NCBI GenBank assembly: GCA_964561085.1
Contig: CAZLNP010000003.1
Span: 7,351-71,350, forward strand
DNA: 64,000 bases
Direction of reading: 5' to 3'
Source: an uncultured Candidatus Saccharibacteria bacterium
GTDB lineage: Bacteria; Patescibacteriota; Doudnabacteria; UBA920
The notes under the pieces were generated by a model. It was not told where the DNA came from and ran no database searches. It worked only from the letters and a program-made list of their open reading frames with translations. Below are positions 1 through 9,975 of the stretch, in pieces. Both the position numbers and the translations under genes were made by a program. How positions within the stretch are numbered: position 1 is the first letter of the stretch; every line of letters begins with the position of its first letter.

Positions 1-360
1 AAACTGATTGCGAAGGGCAAGCTGCTCATCTGTTAAATTTCTTCCCAAAGCATAGTGGCTCTTAATCTCTGCTAAAAACTTTTCGCCTGCTGCGTTTTGG
101 TCATATAAAAGCCTAGCTGATTGCAACGTACCATCAAAGTGCTTCAAGGCAGTAACAAGATCTAGTGGATAGTGGTATAAACCTAAATCCAGGCTTTCTC
201 CTTCAAACTCAAAACTGTCACTTTTAGATTCACCGTTAATCAGGCAAGCAATGTCCCAATCACTATGCTCTTTTGCAACATCTGTTGCTCTTGAGCCATA
301 CAAAATAATTGCTAAAGGATTATATTTTTCCTTGATATGATCAACGATTTTATCTTCCAT
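1..360 (-). CDS. Nucleotidyltransferase domain protein (MNT/Pol-beta superfamily), 3' end outside window
   Basis: Manual translation from ATG at 360: MEDKIVDHIKEKYNPLAIILYGSRATDVAKEHSDWDIACL, with GS...DxD signature; frame open to position 1. Confidence 0.75.
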   Translation of the reverse strand, partial: MEDKIVDHIKEKYNPLAIILYGSRATDVAKEHSDWDIACLINGESKSDSFEFEGESLDLGLYHYPLDLVTALKHFDGTLQSARLLYDQNAAGEKFLAEIKSHYALGRNLTDEQLALRNQF

Positions 361-366
361 GAATAT

Positions 367-1380
367 CTATTTAATAGACAAAATACTCTTCTTGTAACTA
401 TCCAAGTGATCGAGCGCTACCCCTGTCCCCTTTGCTACACAAAGCAACGGTTCTTCGGCAACGTAACAAGGCACGCCCACTGCCTGAGAAATATAATGAT
501 CTAAATTACGAAGCTGAGCAGTGCCGCCGGTCATAATCATGCCTTTATCTATAATATCACTAGCTAATTCTGGTGGAGTGTCTTGCAAAACAATTTTTAC
601 AGCGCGAACCATTTCTTTTAGCTCTTCTTGAATTGCTTCTACAACTTCGTTTGTAGAAAGAGTGACAGTCTTTGGTAAACCAGAAATGTTATCGCGTCCT
701 TTAATTTCCATTACTTCTTCTTCAGGCAAAGCCAATGCGGATCCAATAGTGATTTTGATATCTTCAGCGGTACGATCACCAATTGCCAAGCTATATTTTT
801 TGCGCACATACTCGATAATAGCTGCATCCAAACGGTTGCCAGCAACGCGAACAGAAGTTGAATTTACAATTCCACCCAAACTCAAAACAGCAACATCGGT
901 TGTGCCGCCGCCCATATCGATAATTAAATTACCGCTTGCAGAAGAAATTGGAATCCCAGCACCGATAGCTGCAGCAACAGTTTCCTTAATTACAAAAGCA
1001 GACTTTGCGCCAGCGGCTACAGCTGCATCAATTACAGCGCGACGCTCAGTAGAAGTTATCCCCCCTGGAACGGAGATCATAACTTCTGGACGGAAAAAGC
1101 GAACTTTCCCTAAAGCCTTATTAATGAAGTAACGAAGCATGGCTTCTGTGACTCGATAGTCTGCAATTACTCCATCTTTCATGGGTCGACTAGCAACAAT
1201 AGTTTCAGGCGTGCGGCCGAGCATCTCTTTTGCTTCCTGACCCACAGCCAAAACGCGGTTATCTTCAAGGGAAATAGCCACGACAGTTGGTTCGTTTATA
1301 ACGATGCCTTTTTTGGGAAAATGCACTAGCGTATTTGCTGTGCCTAAGTCGATTCCGATTTTGCTTTGGAACATATACAT
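367..1380 (-). CDS. mreB: Rod shape-determining protein MreB
   Basis: IGIDLGTANT, RPMKDGVIAD, IDMGGGTTD and TGG actin-like ATPase motifs; start may be 1374. Confidence 0.95.
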   Translation of the reverse strand: MYMFQSKIGIDLGTANTLVHFPKKGIVINEPTVVAISLEDNRVLAVGQEAKEMLGRTPETIVASRPMKDGVIADYRVTEAMLRYFINKALGKVRFFRPEVMISVPGGITSTERRAVIDAAVAAGAKSAFVIKETVAAAIGAGIPISSASGNLIIDMGGGTTDVAVLSLGGIVNSTSVRVAGNRLDAAIIEYVRKKYSLAIGDRTAEDIKITIGSALALPEEEVMEIKGRDNISGLPKTVTLSTNEVVEAIQEELKEMVRAVKIVLQDTPPELASDIIDKGMIMTGGTAQLRNLDHYISQAVGVPCYVAEEPLLCVAKGTGVALDHLDSYKKSILSIK

Positions 1381-1443
1381 ACAAGTATAGCTGAGCTAGC
1401 CCTCTTCAGCAACACCCCAAAACCTGCTATAATTAGCACACTT

Positions 1444-2739
1444 ATGAAAAAATCTTCCCGCTATTTATTGATTGGATTCGGCTTTGTCGTATTCTTTGTT
1501 ATTGCTCCCCTGTTAATCTTGTACGTGAGTGGCACAAAACTTCACCTAGATAGCAGGAACGCTAGCTCTACAGGAATCCTAGATGTTAAATCAGAACCAA
1601 GTGGGGCCCAAGTCTCAGTAAACGATGATGAGAAAGGCGCCACCCCGACTACGGTCAGATTCCTTACTCAAGGTGAATACCTAGTAACAATTTCGAAAGA
1701 AGGTTATTACGATTGGAGCAAGCGACTTCCGATAGAATCAGGCCAAGTGAGATTTGCACAAGAAGGTGTAGATGTAGTGCAGCTCATCAAAAAGTCTACT
1801 GAAACTATAATCTCACCCAACAATGTTTCCAGTTTTCTTCTAGCTGGCGATACTATTTGGTTCGCGCAAAACAATAATCTTGTGTACGCTCCACTCAATG
1901 AGCCAACCAAGCAAACTACTCTTAATAATGTTTTCACTGCTCCAGGAAATATATGGCTTTTACGTGATAAGAAACATATTTTAGTTCCTAACGGCAAGCA
2001 GTCTGTACTAATCAATAGTAGCTCAAAAATTGTATCCACTCTTCCTTTTGAAGTAACAAGAGACTGGCAAATCCAAACTCCATCAGATGACATTGTAATT
2101 TATGGTGATGGCGGCACTTTAACTTCGTACAACCTTAATACAAAGGTTTCTACTCAAGTAAAGTCTGGAGTTAGAGCTTTCACAATGATAAACAACACTG
2201 CCTATTTTGCTCGTACTGACGGGGTAATTAGTAGTGCTGTCTGGAATGGAACGAATTTTACAGATGAGCAAGCTATCAGCAATAATGTTCAACTAGATAA
2301 GTCTAATGTAAGTTTAATTATCACAGATAGAAAAGAGCTTTTCTTAGACAATGCTGGAAGTGGTTTTTACAGAGTGGGTCCTGTTTTAGACCAAATCGTG
2401 TCTCGAGTAGATAAAGCTTTGCTTGATCCAATTACAAACGAAATGACTTTGCAAGTTGCAGGTGAACTATGGTTTTATAATTTCCTAACCAACAAGCCTC
2501 AACTTCTAACTCGTAGTACTGAGCAGGTTTCCAGTTTCTTTATCCGTTCTAGTATTGGCTATGGATTTGTTGGAAGCGCTTCCGGCTTAGAAATTGTTGA
2601 AATAGACACTCGCGACAAACAAAACCGTTATAAAATAATTTCTAACAAACCAGTCTACCAAATTGCAATTACTGCAAATCAAAAAACCGTCTTGGCATTG
2701 CAAGACGGCGCGCTAGTGATGCTTGAGTTAAGAGACTAG
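1444..2739 (+). CDS. Membrane-anchored PEGA-domain protein with probable beta-propeller C-terminus
   Basis: N-terminal TM helix; PEGA motif VKSEPSGAQVSVN...TP...GEYLVTISKEGYYDW; ATG 1444 follows TGCTATAAT. Confidence 0.75.
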   Translation: MKKSSRYLLIGFGFVVFFVIAPLLILYVSGTKLHLDSRNASSTGILDVKSEPSGAQVSVNDDEKGATPTTVRFLTQGEYLVTISKEGYYDWSKRLPIESGQVRFAQEGVDVVQLIKKSTETIISPNNVSSFLLAGDTIWFAQNNNLVYAPLNEPTKQTTLNNVFTAPGNIWLLRDKKHILVPNGKQSVLINSSSKIVSTLPFEVTRDWQIQTPSDDIVIYGDGGTLTSYNLNTKVSTQVKSGVRAFTMINNTAYFARTDGVISSAVWNGTNFTDEQAISNNVQLDKSNVSLIITDRKELFLDNAGSGFYRVGPVLDQIVSRVDKALLDPITNEMTLQVAGELWFYNFLTNKPQLLTRSTEQVSSFFIRSSIGYGFVGSASGLEIVEIDTRDKQNRYKIISNKPVYQIAITANQKTVLALQDGALVMLELRD

Positions 2740-3146
2740 GCCAAGTGCTCGTCTAAAGCTTTGTTAACCTGAGCATCCGCTTCTTTATTGAATTCCCGGC
2801 GAACATGAACAAAAGTGTAGCCATCAAATTTTTTCAACAATGAAATTACCTTAGCAGCCAGTTCTTGTAGAACTGGTTGTTTTATTTTATAGATTCCTTG
2901 CATCTGCTTGACTATAAGTTCTGAATCCATTTGTATGCGCAAATTGGTGCCACCCAAATTTACTGATTCTTCTAGGGCTTTAATCAAAGCGCTATACTCT
3001 GCCACGTTATTAGTTGTCTCACCAATGTAAGCACCATGGGAATACAACAACTCACCTTTATCATCTTTAATTACTAAACCAATCCCAGCCGGTCCTGGAT
3101 TCCCTCTCGCACCGCCATCAGTATTAATTACTAGTAGTTTCGCCAT
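2736..3146 (-). CDS. rnhA: Ribonuclease HI
   Basis: TDGGARGNPGPAG, TNNVAEY, DSEL and HVRREFNKEAD motifs. Confidence 0.92.
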   Translation of the reverse strand: MAKLLVINTDGGARGNPGPAGIGLVIKDDKGELLYSHGAYIGETTNNVAEYSALIKALEESVNLGGTNLRIQMDSELIVKQMQGIYKIKQPVLQELAAKVISLLKKFDGYTFVHVRREFNKEADAQVNKALDEHLA

Positions 3147-5004
3147 TTGTTTGATTAATTATTTCCTTATTTATTTCTGCTGTGGTATTGGACAGGTTCT
3201 GAGCAACAACTTGAAGCTCCTTCTCTGCTTCGGCGATTTCTTTATCTGCTTCGGTAACTATTTGCACTTCTTTCACTTCTTCAAAATGAACATCTATCAA
3301 TCTCATTTTTAACTTCTTGATTCCCTGCCAAGTATCAACCATAAGTTCTCCTGCCACGGAAATCTTTGCACCGTAATCTAACCTTGGCGCTAAGTAAGCC
3401 ATGCTAAACCCAATACAGTCTATAGTCGTGTCGCCTATAACAATTTTTAACTGCAAATGTTGTTGGGTCTGACCAACTGCCTTAAACCCTTCAACCTTAG
3501 CATCGTTAATTGCAAAAATTGGTCTAGTATTGCCCGCTCCATACGGCTCAAGCAATAGCACATCTTCATACGCTGGCAATGTTAAGTCATTTTCAGTAAG
3601 TTCTGCATCTATGTTTAGAGTAGCAGGGCCAGACTCCATAGGATGAGCGTCGGCGTATCTTAATATTGCACCGTACAAAACCTCAAGCTCCGAAGTTTTG
3701 GCAGTTAACCCAGCAGCTTGCTTGTGGCCACCGAACTTTACTAAATGTTCTTGCACAGCCTTTAAGCATTCTACTATATCAAAACTGCTTGTACCCACGC
3801 GAGCAGAGCCAGTACTCTCAGTCTCGCCTCGCTCTAAAACAATCGCTGGTTTGTTGTACAGATCGGCAATCCGGCCAGCAACGATTCCTACTAATCCTTT
3901 TGCCCATTCATCACTATGAAGAAGTAGAACTTTTCTGTCTCCAAGTAACTCCGCTTGCTCACGCGCCTCAGAAACAATTCGATTCGTTAAATCTCGTCGA
4001 CGGCGATTAATATCTTCCAAACGATTCGCTAAAGTAATGGCTTCCGCAAAGTCTGTGGCTACCAGCAAAGCCAATGCAACATCCGCGTGTTCTAAACGAC
4101 CAGCGGCATTAATTCTCGGCGCAATTGTAAAGCCAATAGTCTGACTGTCTATATTATCTTTTAAAATATCGATGCCGGCGTTTTCTATTAACTGACGAAG
4201 TCCAAGCCATTTAGTTTTCTGCATTACTTTTAAACCAAACTTCACTAATATTCTGTTCTCGCCCATCAAAGAATGACAGTCCGCAACAGTACCAATTGCA
4301 ACTAAATCTAACAGCCATTTATCCCATTCAGGCTGATAGTCTTCTGGTTCAATTTGTTTTTGCTCAATAACTTTTTCTGCCTGCATCAGCAAAGCCTTGG
4401 CCAGCTTGTAAGATACCCCAACGCCAGTAATCTGATCATCAGGATAAACTTCTTCGGGGTTCTTCGGATTAATTAGCGCAAAACTTTCTGGAGTTGCTCC
4501 AGTAATCTCGTGGTGATCGGTAATAATTAAGTCAATTTCATTCGCATCACAAAATTCAGCTACATCAACAGAGTTTGTACCACAATCAACAGTAATAACC
4601 AAGTTTACACCTTGATCTTTAATTTTCTGGAAAGCTTCTAAATTTAAGCCATAACCTTCCGCGAAACGGTCCGGAATATAGCTAGCGACGTCCACGCCTA
4701 AGTATCTAAAAGTTTGCTGCAGGACGGCGTTGGCCGTGACAGCATCGGCATCATAGTCAGCGTAAACTAAAATTTTCTCTTTATTCTCAATTGCCTCCCA
4801 AATTCGATCCACTGCAATCCCCATATCTGTGAATAAAAACGGGTCATAGAGATTATGATAGTCTGGGTTCAAAAACCACTCTACTCTATCTTGTGAATCT
4901 ATTCCCCGAGAATACAACAATTGGGTCACTAAACTACGCAATTCAGGAAATTGCTCAAGAATCTCTTTGGGGGCGGCTGGCTGAATTTGCCATTCTTTAC
5001 TCAT
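3124..5004 (-). CDS. recJ: ssDNA exonuclease RecJ
   Basis: DYDAD, TVDCG, DHH, PRINAAGRL and GGHKQAAG motifs. Confidence 0.95.
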   Translation of the reverse strand: MSKEWQIQPAAPKEILEQFPELRSLVTQLLYSRGIDSQDRVEWFLNPDYHNLYDPFLFTDMGIAVDRIWEAIENKEKILVYADYDADAVTANAVLQQTFRYLGVDVASYIPDRFAEGYGLNLEAFQKIKDQGVNLVITVDCGTNSVDVAEFCDANEIDLIITDHHEITGATPESFALINPKNPEEVYPDDQITGVGVSYKLAKALLMQAEKVIEQKQIEPEDYQPEWDKWLLDLVAIGTVADCHSLMGENRILVKFGLKVMQKTKWLGLRQLIENAGIDILKDNIDSQTIGFTIAPRINAAGRLEHADVALALLVATDFAEAITLANRLEDINRRRRDLTNRIVSEAREQAELLGDRKVLLLHSDEWAKGLVGIVAGRIADLYNKPAIVLERGETESTGSARVGTSSFDIVECLKAVQEHLVKFGGHKQAAGLTAKTSELEVLYGAILRYADAHPMESGPATLNIDAELTENDLTLPAYEDVLLLEPYGAGNTRPIFAINDAKVEGFKAVGQTQQHLQLKIVIGDTTIDCIGFSMAYLAPRLDYGAKISVAGELMVDTWQGIKKLKMRLIDVHFEEVKEVQIVTEADKEIAEAEKELQVVAQNLSNTTAEINKEIINQTNGETTSN

Positions 5005-5022
5005 GTTTGAATAATAGCATAG

Positions 5023-6645
5023 CTACCCGACCTGCTCTAGGGTCGGAAGTAAGCTGACTCCATTCATTTCTTCAGGTTTTGGCAAACCCATTAGCTCTAA
5101 TATAGTCGGGGCAACATCGGAGACAACTCCAACTGGTACGTGACTAGATAGCGCTGAATAATTTCTTTCTTTAGGATTTTCAAATTCAAATTCCTTGGCA
5201 ATTAGCAAGAACGGTACTGGGCTAGTTGAATGTTCTTTATCGATGCCACCACTTTTCAAATTAATCATAGACTCGATGTTGCCATGATCTGCAGTAATAA
5301 TTAATACTGCATCAACCGACAAAACTGCTTCTACTATTTGTTGTAAGAATCTATCGATGTACTGCACTGCTTTAATCCCCGACAACAAATTTCCAGTATG
5401 CCCCACCATATCTGGGTTAGCATAATTGGCTAAATAGAAATTAAAGTTTTCATTTTTAATTTTATCTACAAGGACTTCGGTCAGCTCCGGTCCCGACATT
5501 TCTGGGTGAGCCGCGTAATTTTTATTATTTTCAGGGCTTGTAACAATTTTGCGTTCTTCTCCGACTAAAGGCTCAGTGCGACCGCCGTTGAAAAAAGATG
5601 TAACGTGCGCATACTTCTCACTTTCCGCAATATGAAATTGAGTGAGTTTATTTTTTGAAATAATTTCGGCTAGGTTGTTTTGTAAATTAATCGGAGGGAA
5701 CGCCACGTGCACAGGCAATCCAAAAAAATACTCACTCATGGTAACAAAGTACAAATTAGGAATTACAGCATGCTTGGCAGGGACATCCATCACTTCCGGC
5801 TGAACGAACGCTTGAGTTAATTGCAAGGCACGATCAGAACGATAGTTGAAAAATATCACTGCGTCATTCTCAGTGATTTGAGCTACTGGATGCATCCCAC
5901 TTTCCCCTGCTTCACGCTCAATGATGGCGGTTGGAGGAATCATTTCATCATAAATATTCTGGTTATACGAATTCAAGATAGCGTCCTCAGGAGAATCAGC
6001 AGCAACTCCAGCGCCAGATACCATTGCTTGATACGTCATCTCTGTTTGATCCCAGTGATTTGCTCTATCCATAGCATAAAAACGTCCTGCAATAGTCGCA
6101 ATTTTACCAACACCTATTTCTTTAATTTTATGATTTAGTTTCTTTAAGGTATCGTACGCGTCTTTTTCTCCAGCATCACGACCATCTGTGAACATGTGAA
6201 TATAGACTTGTTCAATTTTTTGCGCTGCCGCTAAGCCTAGTAAAGCAAACAAATGATCTTCACTACTATGAACACCGCCACCACTAACCATACCAATTAA
6301 ATGAAGCTTAGAAGAGTTCTTCTTAACGTGTTCACACGCACCTAACAAAGCTTTGTTATCAAAAAAAGTTCTATCTTGAATAGCCGCATTAATTCTCGGA
6401 AGATCCTGTCCCACAATACGCCCAGCACCAATATTTAAATGACCTACTTCAGAATTACCAACTTCACCCCATGGCAAACCCACCACCGGTCCGGAAGCTA
6501 GTAAAGTGATAGACGGATAGTGCGCAACAATATTATCTAAAGAATCAGGTTGGGCTAAAGCAATAGCATTACCATGACTATATGAAGCAACGCCGAAACC
6601 ATCCAGCACAATCAATACTACTTTTTTGTAAGTCTTTTGATCCAT
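5023..6645 (-). CDS. gpmI: 2,3-bisphosphoglycerate-independent phosphoglycerate mutase
   Basis: LDGFG, GNSEVGHLNIGAGR, DGRD, PDMVGHTG and TADHGN motifs. Confidence 0.95.
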   Translation of the reverse strand: MDQKTYKKVVLIVLDGFGVASYSHGNAIALAQPDSLDNIVAHYPSITLLASGPVVGLPWGEVGNSEVGHLNIGAGRIVGQDLPRINAAIQDRTFFDNKALLGACEHVKKNSSKLHLIGMVSGGGVHSSEDHLFALLGLAAAQKIEQVYIHMFTDGRDAGEKDAYDTLKKLNHKIKEIGVGKIATIAGRFYAMDRANHWDQTEMTYQAMVSGAGVAADSPEDAILNSYNQNIYDEMIPPTAIIEREAGESGMHPVAQITENDAVIFFNYRSDRALQLTQAFVQPEVMDVPAKHAVIPNLYFVTMSEYFFGLPVHVAFPPINLQNNLAEIISKNKLTQFHIAESEKYAHVTSFFNGGRTEPLVGEERKIVTSPENNKNYAAHPEMSGPELTEVLVDKIKNENFNFYLANYANPDMVGHTGNLLSGIKAVQYIDRFLQQIVEAVLSVDAVLIITADHGNIESMINLKSGGIDKEHSTSPVPFLLIAKEFEFENPKERNYSALSSHVPVGVVSDVAPTILELMGLPKPEEMNGVSLLPTLEQVG

Positions 6646-6649
6646 ATGA

Positions 6650-6877
6650 CTAATCTACGCGACTAAAACGGGGTACTTCAACGTTGTCCACAGTCACAGT
6701 TTCTTCAAAAGAAGGAACAGGCCTGACCCACAAATCAGACATTTCATTTTCGTATAAAGCTTTATAAATTACCACTGGTTCTTCAGTGGTTTCAAATATC
6801 CCAACACCAATAACTTCGTAACGACCACCTTTATAGTGCTCGTAAATACCTGGGGTAATTTTAGTATCAACAGCCAT
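6650..6877 (-). CDS. DUF1653-family small protein
   Basis: GIYEHYKGGRYEV...VIYKALY...WVRP...F...VPRF pattern. Confidence 0.85.
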   Translation of the reverse strand: MAVDTKITPGIYEHYKGGRYEVIGVGIFETTEEPVVIYKALYENEMSDLWVRPVPSFEETVTVDNVEVPRFSRVD

Positions 6878-8136
6878 TATCTTTTTCCTTTCAATTCCAA
6901 TTCTATCGCCATCAAGCGATTATACTTTGCCAAGCGCTCACCACGAGAAAGACTTCCAGCTTTAATATAGTCAGCAGAAACAGCAACTGCTAGGTCCGCG
7001 ATAAAATCATCCATCGTCTCCCCGCTTCGGTGAGACATAATAACTTGGTAGCCATACTTTTTAGCTAGTTTAATCGCATCTATAGTTTCAGAGACAGAGC
7101 CGATTTGATTTGGCTTAATTAGAACAGCGTTCGCTATTCCTGCAATAATCCCTTTTTCGATTCTTTGCGCATTAGTGACGAATAGGTCATCACCAACAAG
7201 GATTGTTTTATGTCCTAGTGCCGAAGTCAACTTTTGCCATCCGGCGAAATCATCTTCCGCACATCCATCTTCAATAATTTTTAGTCCAAAATCTGCAATC
7301 CATTTTGCATACAACTTGTATACACTAGATGGTTTAAAATTTTTGCGATCTGCGCTAAGTCTATAGATTTCTTTATCTGCATCGAAAAATTCACTCGCTG
7401 CGGCATCTATTCCCAAAGCGAAATCTTTCTTTAATTTGAATCCAGCCTTCTCGATAGATTGCACAAGAACACGCATGGCTTTTTTGTTTGTACCAATCTT
7501 TGGAGCAAAGCCACCTTCATCTCCTACTCCTATGCTCAAACCCTTGCTTACTAACATTTTCTTTAATTCACCGATTACAGCATGAGATTTTTGGATTTTC
7601 TCAGAAAAACTACCACGCAAAGGAATAATGAAAAACTCTTGTACATCTAAACCTGAATCCGCATGCACACCTCCATTAATTACATTTAGCAGTGGTGTTG
7701 GTAACTCTAAGTTTTTAAAATTATATTGATTAGCCAAATGTTTATATAAAGGCCTACCAGCTAACTGTGATGACAAACGAGCAGCCGCTAAGGACACAGA
7801 TAAAATCGCATTAGCGCCTAACTTTGCTTTGTTAGGAGTTTTATCTGCCAAAATCATAAGCTCATCAAGTGCTCTAAGATTACTCAGAGATTTACCTTTA
7901 ATAAGCTTAAATATTTTAGTGTTTACATTCGCACAAGCTTTTTTCACCCCTAAACCGCCATAGCATTTTTTATCGCCGTCACGAAGCTCTAAAGCCTCAT
8001 GGACGCCTGTTGATGCACCACTCGGCACACTGGCAGTGGCATGCACCAAACCTGACCAAATTGTTGTTTCAATGGTTGGATTGCCACGGCTATCTAAAAT
8101 TTCACGCGCTTCTATGCGAGTAATTGTATTTTTCAT
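6877..8136 (-). CDS. eno: Enolase
   Basis: EILDSRGNPT, VPSGASTG, GDEGGFAP, IKPNQIG and SHRSGET motifs. Confidence 0.96.
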   Translation of the reverse strand: MKNTITRIEAREILDSRGNPTIETTIWSGLVHATASVPSGASTGVHEALELRDGDKKCYGGLGVKKACANVNTKIFKLIKGKSLSNLRALDELMILADKTPNKAKLGANAILSVSLAAARLSSQLAGRPLYKHLANQYNFKNLELPTPLLNVINGGVHADSGLDVQEFFIIPLRGSFSEKIQKSHAVIGELKKMLVSKGLSIGVGDEGGFAPKIGTNKKAMRVLVQSIEKAGFKLKKDFALGIDAAASEFFDADKEIYRLSADRKNFKPSSVYKLYAKWIADFGLKIIEDGCAEDDFAGWQKLTSALGHKTILVGDDLFVTNAQRIEKGIIAGIANAVLIKPNQIGSVSETIDAIKLAKKYGYQVIMSHRSGETMDDFIADLAVAVSADYIKAGSLSRGERLAKYNRLMAIELELKGKR

Positions 8137-8322
8137 TTTTATTTCAGGTGACCTTGTTATATTATAGGTCTGAAAAAGATAATGATCTTCCCGTTTAGTG
8201 ATTGCGAAATGTTCTTAATGAATGTTTTGCGAAAACTAACCTGATCGTTATCTTTTTCTTTTTTATTTGTTTCTCTTCTGTCTCTAAAGTGTTTATATTA
8301 TACCACATTTATATCGAAAATA

Positions 8323-8369
8323 AAAAACTGCTTAGCGTAGAATTATGATTTTCTAACTAAGCAGTTTTT
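8323..8369. terminator. Intrinsic terminator downstream of pgk
   Basis: AAAAACTGCTTAG...CTAAGCAGTTTTT inverted repeat with A/T tracts on both sides. Confidence 0.65.
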
Positions 8370-9602
8370 TTATTTTTTTATCAAAGCTTCAATGCCCGGC
8401 AACTTATTGCCAGCAAGATATTCAAGCATAGCCCCACCACCAGTAGACACATGGTCGATGTATTCAAATTGATGCGCCTGGCGAATAGCGGCAACTGTTT
8501 CTCCACCACCTGCAACTCCGAAAGCTTTGCCTTTACTGACTGAACCAACTATTTTAGCTAGCGCCATGCTTCCGGTGCGGAATGGTCTTTTCTCAAAATA
8601 GCCAACAGGTCCATTCCAGCAAATTGTTTTAGCAGTTTTTAAAATCTTGGAATATTCTAAAATTGTTTTTGGTCCAATATCACAAATTTTCTCAGTTCTA
8701 CCAATGTCGAAGCGTTCTTTTACAATGGCTGTCTCTTTAGGATTCTGCGTATCGAACACGGCAAAGTCTTTTGGAAGAACCAACTTATCTTTAAAATTTT
8801 TCATGATTGTCCACGCCAGTTGCTGACTCTCTTTTTCCACAACAGATTCACCCACTTCTAAACCTTCAGCGGCCATAAATACGTTTGCTAAACCACCGCC
8901 AACTAAAATTTTATCTGCTTTACGACCTAGCTTTTCTAAAAGCTTAGCTTTATCGGAAATTTTAATTCCACCCATCATCAAAATAAAAGGGCTTTGAGCT
9001 TTATTGGAGATGTAATCTAAATTTTTAATCTCTCTTTCTAGAGACGGGCCCACAAAAGATGGCAGACATTTCGTGATAGCAACATTTGAAGCAGCTGGGC
9101 GATGAGCAACCGCAAAAGCGTCATCTACATAAACTTCACCGAGGCTACATAGAACATGAGCAAACTTTTCGTCATTTGCATCTTCACCCGGATAGAAGCG
9201 CAAGTTTTCAAGCATAACTATATCTTTTGATTGCATGCTCTTTACAGATTCTTGAACGGATTTCTTTTGAATATCTCCCTTAATAAATACAAGATGATCA
9301 ATCGGATAATTTAATTTTTCATCTTCTGTCTCAACAAATTTAACATTAAGCAATTCAGCCAAGCATTTTGCCATCGGCCCTAAAGACATGTTCTCGTTCC
9401 ACTTTCCTTCAGGACGACCTGCATGAGAAAGAACAATTACCTTTGCATTGTGTTTTCTCAAAAATTGAATAGTCGGCACAATAGATTGCACTCTAAAGTT
9501 ATCTATTAGTTTGCCATTCTCATCTACTTCCTCATTTAAATCAACACGCAATAAAACCGTCTTACTTTCAATATCTGCTGATTTTAGGTAATTATAGGCC
9601 AT
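8370..9602 (-). CDS. pgk: Phosphoglycerate kinase
   Basis: RVDLN, LSHAGRP, LENLRF, WNGPVG and HVSTGGGA motifs. Confidence 0.95.
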   Translation of the reverse strand: MAYNYLKSADIESKTVLLRVDLNEEVDENGKLIDNFRVQSIVPTIQFLRKHNAKVIVLSHAGRPEGKWNENMSLGPMAKCLAELLNVKFVETEDEKLNYPIDHLVFIKGDIQKKSVQESVKSMQSKDIVMLENLRFYPGEDANDEKFAHVLCSLGEVYVDDAFAVAHRPAASNVAITKCLPSFVGPSLEREIKNLDYISNKAQSPFILMMGGIKISDKAKLLEKLGRKADKILVGGGLANVFMAAEGLEVGESVVEKESQQLAWTIMKNFKDKLVLPKDFAVFDTQNPKETAIVKERFDIGRTEKICDIGPKTILEYSKILKTAKTICWNGPVGYFEKRPFRTGSMALAKIVGSVSKGKAFGVAGGGETVAAIRQAHQFEYIDHVSTGGGAMLEYLAGNKLPGIEALIKK

Positions 9603-9679
9603 TTTTGTGTTTTTATCCTTGACTTTAAGTAAGTTTTATGATTTAATATAGTTAACTAGTTCGGAGGAACTTATAATCT

Positions 9680-9904
9680 ATGGCAATCAAAAAATTCAAC
9701 GTTCGCATAGTATTCGGGATTATTTTAACTCTACTTGGGTTATCATTTCTCGCAATGCTAGCATGTGGGTTAATGGGAATTATTTCGAAGCCAGGTGAAT
9801 CTCACTTTGTTTCGATTGTATTCTCATCAGTAGGACTTGGTTTACTCGCTGCATGCTGTTTTGTTACAGGAATGGGCGAATTCAAATCAAATTCTAAAAA
9901 CTAA
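9680..9904 (+). CDS. Small two-TM hypothetical membrane protein
   Basis: TTGACT-17-TTTAAT promoter (9619-9647), GGAGG SD, two hydrophobic segments, hairpin+T terminator ~9920-9950. Confidence 0.7.
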   Translation: MAIKKFNVRIVFGIILTLLGLSFLAMLACGLMGIISKPGESHFVSIVFSSVGLGLLAACCFVTGMGEFKSNSKN

Positions 9905-9975
9905 ATGGAAGCATTCACGAGCCGACGGTATCCCCCATACCTCGGCTTTTAAATTTACATAATTTTATTTAATCA

